Shown one piece after another: positions 38,946 through 47,202 of a stretch of 64,000 nucleotides of DNA. The position numbers were made by a program, and so were the translations under genes. Location: NCBI GenBank assembly GCA_020057295.1, contig JAGVGF010000005.1, forward strand, positions 32,001 to 96,000, in the 5' to 3' direction. This DNA comes from an archaeon (GTDB lineage: Archaea; Nanobdellota; Nanobdellia; Woesearchaeales; UBA9642). Position 1 is the first letter of the stretch. Each line of letters begins with the position of its first letter. Under the pieces are notes generated by a model. It was given only the letters and a program-made list of their open reading frames with translations, did not search any database and was not told the DNA's origin.

Positions 38946-39304
38946 TGTTCGTTATATTTCTTTCCAGAACCTTTGAATTTTTCTATAGGGTATTTCTCGT
39001 GATTCTCTCTCATCTTAGTTTCTAACGCTTTTGTTAAATCCACATCGTACCTATCTGACATTCTTAGTAAGAAGTAGAAAACATCAGCCATTTCATCTTC
39101 TATTTTTTGTCTCTTTTCTTTGTCTGTGAACATCTCATCTACTTCTTTATCTTTTTTCCACCTAAAATGTTCTAAAAGTTCAGAAGCTTCTATATTCATA
39201 GCTATTGCTAATTCTTTAGCATTATGAAATTGGTCCCAATCTCTCTCATCACAGAATTTCTTTATCTTCTCTTTCAATTCTTGAATGTTTGTTGAGTTGT
39301 CCAT
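38942..39304 (-). CDS. MazG-like nucleotide pyrophosphohydrolase (dCTPase type)
   Basis: FCDERDWDQFH, EASELLE.F.W, DEMADV, N..KYP; ATGA overlap with the helicase. Confidence 0.92.
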   Translation of the reverse strand: MDNSTNIQELKEKIKKFCDERDWDQFHNAKELAIAMNIEASELLEHFRWKKDKEVDEMFTDKEKRQKIEDEMADVFYFLLRMSDRYDVDLTKALETKMRENHEKYPIEKFKGSGKKYNEQ

Positions 39305-39352
39305 CAGGATAACACAAGCATTGTTCTTTATATTGTTATCGATTGTATTTGC

Positions 39353-40015
39353 CTAGAATTTATCACACAACTCTTTAATTGCAACGGTCCAAAATGGGAG
39401 TTGATAGTTAATATCCGAAACTTCCACATTGGAAAGATAATCATGAGCAGCCGAATCACATAAAAACTTAATTCCAGATAATTCTTTGACTGTTTTGGGT
39501 AACAAAATTGGAACTCCCTTAATCTTTTCTTGCGAACATAAGTTTAACATATCGGTCAATCCTATAAAAGAGTTTCCGTCTTTTAGTAATTCTATTTTAT
39601 TATTTTTAGCAAAAACATAAAAAATAGATTTTTCTAATATTTTTCTCAAGAGAAAAGCTGCAGAAGTACCGCAATCATACTTTATAGCGGTATGCAATTC
39701 TCGCACCTCTTGTCTAAATTTATCTCCCAGTTTACTGATAGTTACCTCTGAAAGCACTTTATTTAATTCACCAATTTCCTGCGCTCTTATTTTTATTTGC
39801 GGTGGTTCTTTTTGAGAGAAACTAACCCGCCCAGTCACCGTCTTTCTAGATAAAATGCCTTTTTTGGCAGCATTAGCCATAGAAAACAAAACTAATTGAT
39901 CGCTGAAATTAAATCCGTCTCTTTTTAATTTTTCTTGGACATCTCTGACTGTTTTCCAATCACTAAAAAAACCTTCAGTATACAACATTTTAATTAATTC
40001 TATAACTGTAATCAT
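39353..40015 (-). CDS. EGFF winged-helix-like domain fused to a HEPN/DUF4145-like domain
   Basis: LYTEGFFSDWKT; SAAFLLRKILEK and KFLCDSAAH. Confidence 0.6.
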   Translation of the reverse strand: MITVIELIKMLYTEGFFSDWKTVRDVQEKLKRDGFNFSDQLVLFSMANAAKKGILSRKTVTGRVSFSQKEPPQIKIRAQEIGELNKVLSEVTISKLGDKFRQEVRELHTAIKYDCGTSAAFLLRKILEKSIFYVFAKNNKIELLKDGNSFIGLTDMLNLCSQEKIKGVPILLPKTVKELSGIKFLCDSAAHDYLSNVEVSDINYQLPFWTVAIKELCDKF

Positions 40016-40395
40016 TTCAAAAGTAGTTCTTTTATCTTCCTCAAATTATGATTAAGAACTATATATCCCTCTTTTTCTTTTTTGAGAAATTTATTATAAT
40101 GTGTGCATAAAGCATTTTTAGCACTACTAATACTTATAAATGCTCCCTTACTTACTTCTGCTGGTCCGGATGGCTCCACAAAACCTTCAATTCCTCTCAA
40201 TAAAATAGCTTTCTTACAAACTAAATAAATCAAAGCTTTTTTCATCTCATCTAACGAATTATATGCATCTTTAAACGAAATATTTCCTTGATTGTCGATA
40301 GTCACCAATGGTTTTAATATATCCACAACTAACTTCTTATCTTCAGTTTCGTTTTTTTCAACAAAAATTTCATCCAATTCATCAACTTTATTCAT
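40012..40395 (-). CDS. Hypothetical protein, HTH-like
   Basis: Start reassigned to MNKVDE (ATGA overlap with upstream stop); LIYLVCKKA...GPAEVSK. Confidence 0.65.
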   Translation of the reverse strand: MNKVDELDEIFVEKNETEDKKLVVDILKPLVTIDNQGNISFKDAYNSLDEMKKALIYLVCKKAILLRGIEGFVEPSGPAEVSKGAFISISSAKNALCTHYNKFLKKEKEGYIVLNHNLRKIKELLLK

Positions 40396-41258
40396 TTTTT
40401 CTTCACATAGTTCCAAGTCTTATTCTTTTTTTCTCGAATCAATAAGCCTCTAGCTTTTGTTAGTGTCTGTCTAATGTATGCATCAATGTCTTGTCGCCTA
40501 TTAAAAAATGTTCTTTTATTCAATTCATCACGAACATCGGTTATTGTTTTAAAAGTATCGAAAAAACCTTCGTTATAAAGCGTATCTATTTCTTTAGGCA
40601 TCCCGGAATTGGTAGATTTACCTCGAGAAACTGAAGGGGTGCTCTCAGCGGATATTTTCTCTCCAGACAAAATTTTCTTAATGTATTCGACTCCCTTATT
40701 ATATCCATCAATAGTCAACTTATATGAGGTGTTTGTGCTTCCTTTCTTACCTGATTTATGAATAATAAACTGAGAATATTTTTTTAAGTTTGTGCTTAAA
40801 TTAACAAGTGATTTAATGCCTTTCGATTTTGCCATATCTCTCAGATCTGCAGAATTTAATTCTCTTTCATCAAATGCTATTTTTTTTAAAGTCAGAATTA
40901 GTATAGTAAACATCAGATGCTCCTCGGCACTACTTCCCATAGAGATAGGACACAAGATTTCGAAATTGGTTCCGTTCACTTCGAAATAATCTTCAATTTT
41001 CTCAGGAGATACATTAAATTTTTTACTAAGAATTGTAATTGAATTGGACAAATCTCTCTTTTTTTGAATAAGAGCATTCTTTTTAAAACCTGACAAAACA
41101 TGTTCCGAAGGTTTAGATTCGACATTAGATGTTTTTTCTCCGATTATTAAACTATTGAGAACAATTTCGTATGTTTTTTCTCTCTGCTGCAAGTCTTTTA
41201 TGTCTGAAACCGATTCTTTTGCAATTCCGATAAATTCCTTAATCTTTTCGCTATTCAT
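40392..41258 (-). CDS. Hypothetical multi winged-helix-like protein with C-terminal EGFF domain
   Basis: Central ...YKLTIDG wing; C-terminal LYNEGFFDTFKT...WNY. Confidence 0.65.
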   Translation of the reverse strand: MNSEKIKEFIGIAKESVSDIKDLQQREKTYEIVLNSLIIGEKTSNVESKPSEHVLSGFKKNALIQKKRDLSNSITILSKKFNVSPEKIEDYFEVNGTNFEILCPISMGSSAEEHLMFTILILTLKKIAFDERELNSADLRDMAKSKGIKSLVNLSTNLKKYSQFIIHKSGKKGSTNTSYKLTIDGYNKGVEYIKKILSGEKISAESTPSVSRGKSTNSGMPKEIDTLYNEGFFDTFKTITDVRDELNKRTFFNRRQDIDAYIRQTLTKARGLLIREKKNKTWNYVKKK

Positions 41259-41620
41259 CGTTTAACGTACACCCATTTTAGATTTTCTTTTAAGCGGCCA
41301 AGCTCTCTATTTTGTATCAATCGAACAAGAGTTGGCTGAATTGATGTAATAGGATAAATGAGAGTTTTTCTTGCCAATTCATTCTTTATCTGTACCAAAT
41401 CTTTAGGTTTATCAAAAAAACCTTCTTCCTTGAGTTCCCTCACATAATCTGTTAATCCGGATTTAGTTTTCATTTTAGATTTTTTTATATCCTTAGGAAC
41501 AGTTCGTTCGATGTGAGGTTCTTGATGATTTATCGCTTTTATTATTTTAGCTATTTCGTCTTCATTACCGTCAATAGTAATTTTTGTACCATTTGTTGTT
41601 TCAATATTTGCCTTTGCCAT
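41255..41620 (-). CDS. Small EGFF winged-helix-like protein
   Basis: N-terminal beta hairpin (ITIDG); LKEEGFFDKPK...WVY. Confidence 0.65.
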   Translation of the reverse strand: MAKANIETTNGTKITIDGNEDEIAKIIKAINHQEPHIERTVPKDIKKSKMKTKSGLTDYVRELKEEGFFDKPKDLVQIKNELARKTLIYPITSIQPTLVRLIQNRELGRLKENLKWVYVKR

Positions 41621-41652
41621 AATATACCTTAAAAGTTGGAAACGAATACCAG

Positions 41653-41667
41653 TATATAAACTTTTCG
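41653..41667 (-). promoter_or_regulatory. BRE + TATA promoter for the EGFF operon
   Basis: Minus strand CGAAAAG-TTTATATA about 32 nt upstream of the ATG at 41620. Confidence 0.6.
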
Positions 41668-41887
41668 ATAAGATGTATTATCTATAGATTCATCTTAGTG
41701 TCATGTCATATATCCTATTTATATAATACGTATATATTAATCCAACCTATTTCTATTATTTCGAGCACAAAACCACTGGACACCCATGCCTAAGGTATTT
41801 AAAGCAGTCATTAGCTTTAAAAACATGGATACTGTCACATTGATTGCTGAGGAGTATATGAAGAAGGACAGAGTTGTTAATTATCTT

Positions 41888-44125
41888 ATGGACTTTACAC
41901 CTAGACTCTATCAGGAGTCTATTTTCAGTACGTGTACGAATAATAATACTATGGTTGTTCTCCCAACAGGAGTAGGAAAAACTGCGATTTTTCTTATGAT
42001 GGCAGCATACAGGTTAAGTATGTATCCTAAATCTAAAATTCTATTATTAGGACCAACAAGACCGTTAATTGAACAGTATGCTGAAGTTTTTAAGAAACAT
42101 TTCAATCTAGAAGCTGCTAAAATGACTATATTTACAGGATTTGTCAGTCCAGAAAAGAGAGCAGAATTATGGAAGACAAGTCAGATTATCTTTTCCACTC
42201 CTCAAGGTTTAGAAAATGATATCTTATCAAATAAGATTGATATCTCTGATATTTCATTATTAGGATTTGACGAGTCTCATAGAGCAACTGGCGAATACTC
42301 GTACAATTTTGTTGCTAAACAATATATTAAACGTGCACTTCATCCAAGAATATTAGCGTTAACAGCCTCCCCTGGAACTGATCATGAAACTATTAATGAA
42401 GTCTGTAAGAATTTATTTATTGAAAAAATAGAAGTTAGAACAACAACTGACGAGGATGTCAAGCCGTACATTAAAGATGTTGACATAAAAAAAGTTTTTG
42501 TTGAACTTCCAGATGAATTTATTGATATTAAAAAATATCTTGATGCATCTTATAAGTCTAAATTTGTTGAATTAAAAAATTTAGGATTCACAACTGAAGG
42601 AGTAAAATATTCTAAAAGAAATATTCTTGGAATGCAAGCAGAAATACATGCAAAAATAGCACAGGGAGAACGTGATTTTGAAACATTAAAAGCACTCAGT
42701 CTTTTAGCAGAAGTGATTAAGATTCATCATGCAATAGAACTTGTTGAAACACAAGGTCTAGACTCGTTAAAAGAATATATGGATAAATTACAGAGTGAAG
42801 CACGAACTGGAAAAACAAAGGCAAGTATTAATTTAGCGCGAGATATTAATTTTAGGAGTGCATACGTAAAACTCGAAAAAGTTGTGGGAAAATTTGAACA
42901 TCCAAAACTTACTGAATTAAAAAAGATAGTTACAGAAGAACTCGATAAAAATAATTCAGAAAATATAAAAAAGAAAATTATTATTTTTTCACAGTATAGA
43001 GATTCTGGAAGTAAGATTACAAAAGAATTAAACGCATTAGGATTTAAAACAAAGTTGTTCGTAGGTCAAGCAAAGAAGAAAGATACAGGTTTAAGTCAAA
43101 AAAAGCAAAAGGAAATGTTAGAAGAATTTACGAATACTGATTTTAATGTTTTAGTTTCAAGCTCTGTTGGGGAAGAAGGGCTAGACATCCCCCAGGTTGA
43201 TCTAGTCATCTTCTACGAGCCAGTTCCAAGTGCAATAAGAAAAATACAGCGTTCAGGAAGAACAGGAAGATTAGATGATGGAAGAATCATAATGCTTATT
43301 ACTAAAGATACTGTTGATGAAGTATATTATCATGTTGCACGAAATAAGGAAAAGAGAATGTATAGAACCATAGGCGAGATAACTAAGAATTATAGTACGA
43401 GTAAGCAGAAAGATAATGATGGCAATCAAGTTGCTAAAACGTTAATGGATTTTGAAGAAAAAGTGGAAGAGCAAAAACCGAAGACTAACAAGTTAAGAAT
43501 CATTGCAGATTATCGTGAGAAAGGATCTAATGTTCTAAAAGAATTATTTGATAAGACAGAATTAGGTTTAGAAAAATTAGATATAGGAGATTTTCTACTC
43601 AGCTCACGTGTTATTGTTGAATATAAGACTGTTCAAGATTTCGTTGATTCAATTATAGATGGAAGACTTTTAACTCAATTAAGAGAATTAAAGAAATATG
43701 AAAGACCGCTTATTATTGTTGAAGGAACTGAAGATATCTATAATGTAAGAAAGATACATCCAAATAGTATTAGAGGAATGATTGCAACAATTACAGTTTC
43801 ATACGGTATTCCATTAATTCAGACCAGGAATAGTAAAGATACTGCAGAATATTTGATGGCAATAGCAAAGCGTGAACAGGATGAAGGAAAATCTGAAGTT
43901 CAACATCATTACAATAAGCCAATGTCAGTTAAAGAACAACAAGAATATTTTATCAGCGCTTTACCAAATATTGGAATGGGGGGCGCTAGACCGTTATTAA
44001 AACATTTCAAGAATGTAAAAAATATAATCAATGCATCTGAAGAAGACTTAAAGAAAGTTGACTTGATTGGTCCTAAGAAGTCTAAGACGTTAAAAGATAT
44101 ATTCGACAAGGATTGGGAAGAATAA
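41888..44125 (+). CDS. hef: Hef helicase-nuclease (FANCM-like SF2 helicase + ERCC4/XPF nuclease)
   Basis: PRLYQ, PTGVGKT, DESH, TAS, QRSGRTGR, D.RE, GDF, VEYK, HhH (LIGPKK); likely start MDFTPR, track start 41786. Confidence 0.93.
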   Translation: MDFTPRLYQESIFSTCTNNNTMVVLPTGVGKTAIFLMMAAYRLSMYPKSKILLLGPTRPLIEQYAEVFKKHFNLEAAKMTIFTGFVSPEKRAELWKTSQIIFSTPQGLENDILSNKIDISDISLLGFDESHRATGEYSYNFVAKQYIKRALHPRILALTASPGTDHETINEVCKNLFIEKIEVRTTTDEDVKPYIKDVDIKKVFVELPDEFIDIKKYLDASYKSKFVELKNLGFTTEGVKYSKRNILGMQAEIHAKIAQGERDFETLKALSLLAEVIKIHHAIELVETQGLDSLKEYMDKLQSEARTGKTKASINLARDINFRSAYVKLEKVVGKFEHPKLTELKKIVTEELDKNNSENIKKKIIIFSQYRDSGSKITKELNALGFKTKLFVGQAKKKDTGLSQKKQKEMLEEFTNTDFNVLVSSSVGEEGLDIPQVDLVIFYEPVPSAIRKIQRSGRTGRLDDGRIIMLITKDTVDEVYYHVARNKEKRMYRTIGEITKNYSTSKQKDNDGNQVAKTLMDFEEKVEEQKPKTNKLRIIADYREKGSNVLKELFDKTELGLEKLDIGDFLLSSRVIVEYKTVQDFVDSIIDGRLLTQLRELKKYERPLIIVEGTEDIYNVRKIHPNSIRGMIATITVSYGIPLIQTRNSKDTAEYLMAIAKREQDEGKSEVQHHYNKPMSVKEQQEYFISALPNIGMGGARPLLKHFKNVKNIINASEEDLKKVDLIGPKKSKTLKDIFDKDWEE

Positions 44126-44149
44126 ATCTTCGGAATTCTCGTAAACTTT
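44124..44149 (-). repeat. Dispersed imperfect repeat, partial inverted copy 3
   Basis: Minus strand AAGTTTACGAGAATTCCGAAGATTT. Confidence 0.4.
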
Positions 44150-44199
44150 GCGATTTTTATTGAGAACGAGATATAAAGAGTCGCATATTCTATTAGTAG

Positions 44200-44514
44200 A
44201 TGTATAATATTTACAAGACAGAATTATTCGATAAAAAATTCAAGAAACTTATCCCACTAAACAGGCAAGAGGATATTTTACGAAGAATAGAAAATCTCGC
44301 AAATAATCCTTATGCCGGAAAACCTTTAGGCTACTCGTTCATAAGAGAGATGAAATTGGACAAGTATAGAGTATATTATGCTGTATTTGAAAGAGAACTT
44401 GTGGTTTTAGTAATGACTGTAAGTGATAAGAAAGAACAGCAAAAAGAGATAGATAAAATCAAAGAGAAAGGAGCCTTACAAACATACTTCAAAAAATCCG
44501 TAAAATTTAAATAA
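44200..44514 (+). CDS. RelE/ParE family toxin
   Basis: F.KKFKKL, NPYAGKPLG, REMK..KYRVYY, SDKKEQQ. Confidence 0.8.
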   Translation: MYNIYKTELFDKKFKKLIPLNRQEDILRRIENLANNPYAGKPLGYSFIREMKLDKYRVYYAVFERELVVLVMTVSDKKEQQKEIDKIKEKGALQTYFKKSVKFK

Positions 44515-44534
44515 TTCGGCGAGGTAACATCACT

Positions 44535-44642
44535 ATGAAGCGAAAAGAAGTACTAATAGAAGAACAGAACAAACTATTAAAAGAATTAGTAGAGGGAATG
44601 GAAGATATAAAAGCTGGAAGAATAAAACCCTTAAGAGAATAA
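44535..44642 (+). CDS. Putative 35-aa minimal antitoxin
   Basis: Read manually: MKRKEVLIEEQNKLLKELVEGMEDIKAGRIKPLRE, SD GAGGT at 44521. Confidence 0.6.
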   Translation: MKRKEVLIEEQNKLLKELVEGMEDIKAGRIKPLRE

Positions 44643-44686
44643 TTTTTTATAAGTAAATTAATAAATACTTTAATTCTTAAGTTATT

Positions 44687-45355
44687 ATGGATATATTGAA
44701 ACAATATGACGGAATAATTGGAAAAAAATATATTTCTCAACAAAAACAATTCTTTAGTAGTCGAAAAGATAGAGCAACTAATGCAATGCAAAAGTTATTG
44801 CCAAATATTAAAGGAAAAATTGTTCTAGATATTGGATGCGGTTCTGGCAGAGACATAATACTTTACGAAAGTCTTGGAGCTAAAGAATGCTGGGGCATAG
44901 ATACATCAAAATATATGATTAAAGAAGCAAAAAAGAACATTACACATCCTGAACGTGCAATTTTATCTAACATAGAAAAAACTTCATTCAAAAATAAACA
45001 GTTCGACGTAGTTGCAGCAAGATTCTCGATGCATTATCTGAAAAATTTTGAAAAGGCATATAAGGAAATATCAAGAATACTTAAACCAAAAGGAGTATTA
45101 GTTATGGCTGTTGATCATCCGATACGCGAGCTAGCATCAAAGAAAAAAGCATATAAAGTTCAGGAAATAATTCATATAGGATTATATCATGGTAAAGTAG
45201 ATCTTAAATTCCCAACACACACCGTTGATGAATATTTTTCTCCAACATTTTTCAAATATTTTTATCTAGATGGTTTTTTAGAGGATAGAGATTATGAAAG
45301 TTCCAATCCAAAGAAGACAGCGGATTTTATGACTATAAAAGCTATAAGAAGATAA
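44687..45355 (+). CDS. Class I SAM-dependent methyltransferase
   Basis: VLDIGCGSG, FDVV, RILKPKG. Confidence 0.92.
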   Translation: MDILKQYDGIIGKKYISQQKQFFSSRKDRATNAMQKLLPNIKGKIVLDIGCGSGRDIILYESLGAKECWGIDTSKYMIKEAKKNITHPERAILSNIEKTSFKNKQFDVVAARFSMHYLKNFEKAYKEISRILKPKGVLVMAVDHPIRELASKKKAYKVQEIIHIGLYHGKVDLKFPTHTVDEYFSPTFFKYFYLDGFLEDRDYESSNPKKTADFMTIKAIRR

Positions 45356-45943
45356 TTATTTCTTCGTTATCTTTCTATATATTTCGTTTACATCACGATA
45401 TAGTTTAGAATCTTCAAGTCTTGTAAAATCTTCATCATTATTGATTAAGAAATCTGCATGAACTAGACACATTCCTACTTGTTGACCGTCTAAAGGTTCA
45501 TTAAAGCCGCGATCACGTGCATCATCTATTACAAACTTGTCATGATCTATCAAGTCTGAATCTACATTTCTCTTCTTTATACGTGCCCATCGAATTTCGA
45601 ATGGTGCATCAACTCCGATTAATACAAAGTTTGAATGTTCTCTTAAATAATCTGCTTCACCCATATTTCTTAAACTTTCAATTATTAATGGAGAATCATA
45701 CGATTTATACTTATCTAAAGCTTTTTGCATCCAATATCCTTGACCAAACTGTTTTCTACGCAAATTACCAATATCCTGCATAGTTTTTCTTGTTAATGCA
45801 ATATTATCTTTTATTAATTCTTCTCTGATTAATTCTCTTATAGAAACATGATGCATACCTTTAGATTTTAATATTTCAGTAACTATGCCTTTCCCTGCTA
45901 GAAGTGTTCCTGTCAATCCGATTACTAACTTTCCAGTATTCAT
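45356..45943 (-). CDS. P-loop kinase (dephospho-CoA/dNMP kinase-like)
   Basis: IGLTGTLLAGKG, ESLRN..E, ADFLINN. Confidence 0.8.
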   Translation of the reverse strand: MNTGKLVIGLTGTLLAGKGIVTEILKSKGMHHVSIRELIREELIKDNIALTRKTMQDIGNLRRKQFGQGYWMQKALDKYKSYDSPLIIESLRNMGEADYLREHSNFVLIGVDAPFEIRWARIKKRNVDSDLIDHDKFVIDDARDRGFNEPLDGQQVGMCLVHADFLINNDEDFTRLEDSKLYRDVNEIYRKITKK

Positions 45944-45944
45944 T

Positions 45945-46157
45945 TTAATGTTTCTTTGCAGCAAGCCTTACATCTTCAGCCTTGATAGTCTTTCGACCAG
46001 CATGTACTGAAAATTCTGCAGCAACTTTTGCAAGTTCGATGCCTTTCTCTTCTAAATATTCACGCAAAACTTCCTTTGCAGGCTCGCTTACACGAATATC
46101 TGCTGAACCCTTTTTCAGAATTTTTTCCATAGCCGCTAACGGTAGAATTTTATTCAT
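45945..46157 (-). CDS. Archaeal histone
   Basis: LPLAAMEKILKK, RVS, HAGRKTIKAEDV. Confidence 0.95.
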   Translation of the reverse strand: MNKILPLAAMEKILKKGSADIRVSEPAKEVLREYLEEKGIELAKVAAEFSVHAGRKTIKAEDVRLAAKKH

Positions 46158-46273
46158 AAAATATCACCCACACGAATAAGAATTCAGTAATGTTGTTGTA
46201 TATAAAGTTTTTTACTAATCCATAAAACATATAAATAACACAGTCTATAGAGGTAATAGTTTCGGGTGATATT

Positions 46274-47149
46274 ATGCCACGTAAAGCTGTATATGCGGAT
46301 CAATTTTATGAAAAGAATGAACAGGCTCTAGAGAGACAACTAACAGAGTGTTTTGAAGGAAAAAACGGGCCAGGAGCATTACCATTACTTAAACGTACAA
46401 AGAATATTCAAGCAGTAATCGCACCACATGCAGCATATCAGTTTTCTGGAGCATGCGCAGCATGGGCATATAAAGAAATAGCTGAATCAGAATTTGCAGA
46501 CATATACATTATCCTAGGACCAAATCATGCCGGTACAGGAAACGCTGTAAGCATGGCAGGATATGAAACACCATTTGGCTTAGTACGTGTAGATCAAGAC
46601 TTTGCGAAAGCGTTGTTAACTAAAAATTCTGAGTTAGTAGTTGATGAAGTTGCACATGAAATGGAACATAGTATTGAAATGCAATTACCCTTCTTACAAT
46701 TTGTTACTAAAGATAAGATGCATGAATTAAAGATACTGCCAATAATATTAAGCAACATAGATTATAACAAATTAGGACTTGACTTAAAGGAAACAATTGT
46801 CGAAAGTGGAAAAAAAGTTGTAATAATTGTAAGCAGCGACTTTACGCATTATGGACATAATTATCATTATATACCGTTCAGTGTAGATGTTCAAAAGAAT
46901 ATTTATGCAATGGACAGGAAAGCAATTGATTTTATTGAAAATCTTAATTCAGATGGTTTCATGGGATATATTGATGAAACGCAAACAACAATATGTGGCT
47001 TATATGCTATAGCAACCCTTCTTAAAACTTTGAAAAAGTCCAAAATAGAATTATTACATTATTATACGTCAGCAGACTTAGAGGAAGATCTTCCAGAAGG
47101 AAAACGATACAAGAATTCAGTAAGTTATGCAGCCATCTTATTTAATTAA
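46274..47149 (+). CDS. MEMO1 family (AmmeMemoRadiSam protein B)
   Basis: APHA, GPNH, EHSIEMQLPFLQ, SSDFTHYG, TICG, VSYA. Confidence 0.94.
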   Translation: MPRKAVYADQFYEKNEQALERQLTECFEGKNGPGALPLLKRTKNIQAVIAPHAAYQFSGACAAWAYKEIAESEFADIYIILGPNHAGTGNAVSMAGYETPFGLVRVDQDFAKALLTKNSELVVDEVAHEMEHSIEMQLPFLQFVTKDKMHELKILPIILSNIDYNKLGLDLKETIVESGKKVVIIVSSDFTHYGHNYHYIPFSVDVQKNIYAMDRKAIDFIENLNSDGFMGYIDETQTTICGLYAIATLLKTLKKSKIELLHYYTSADLEEDLPEGKRYKNSVSYAAILFN

Positions 47150-47202
47150 TTATTTTTTTATTATTCAATTAGTTTTTTATATAAGTTCTATCAAATAAGA
47201 TT

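Noticed and set aside
35400-44650. Integrated virus, transposon or integron
   Set aside because: No integrase, transposase, capsid gene, tRNA attachment site or attC consensus found
44507-44791. 94-aa minus-strand ORF
   Set aside because: Antisense to the SD-preceded mini-antitoxin and the methyltransferase start
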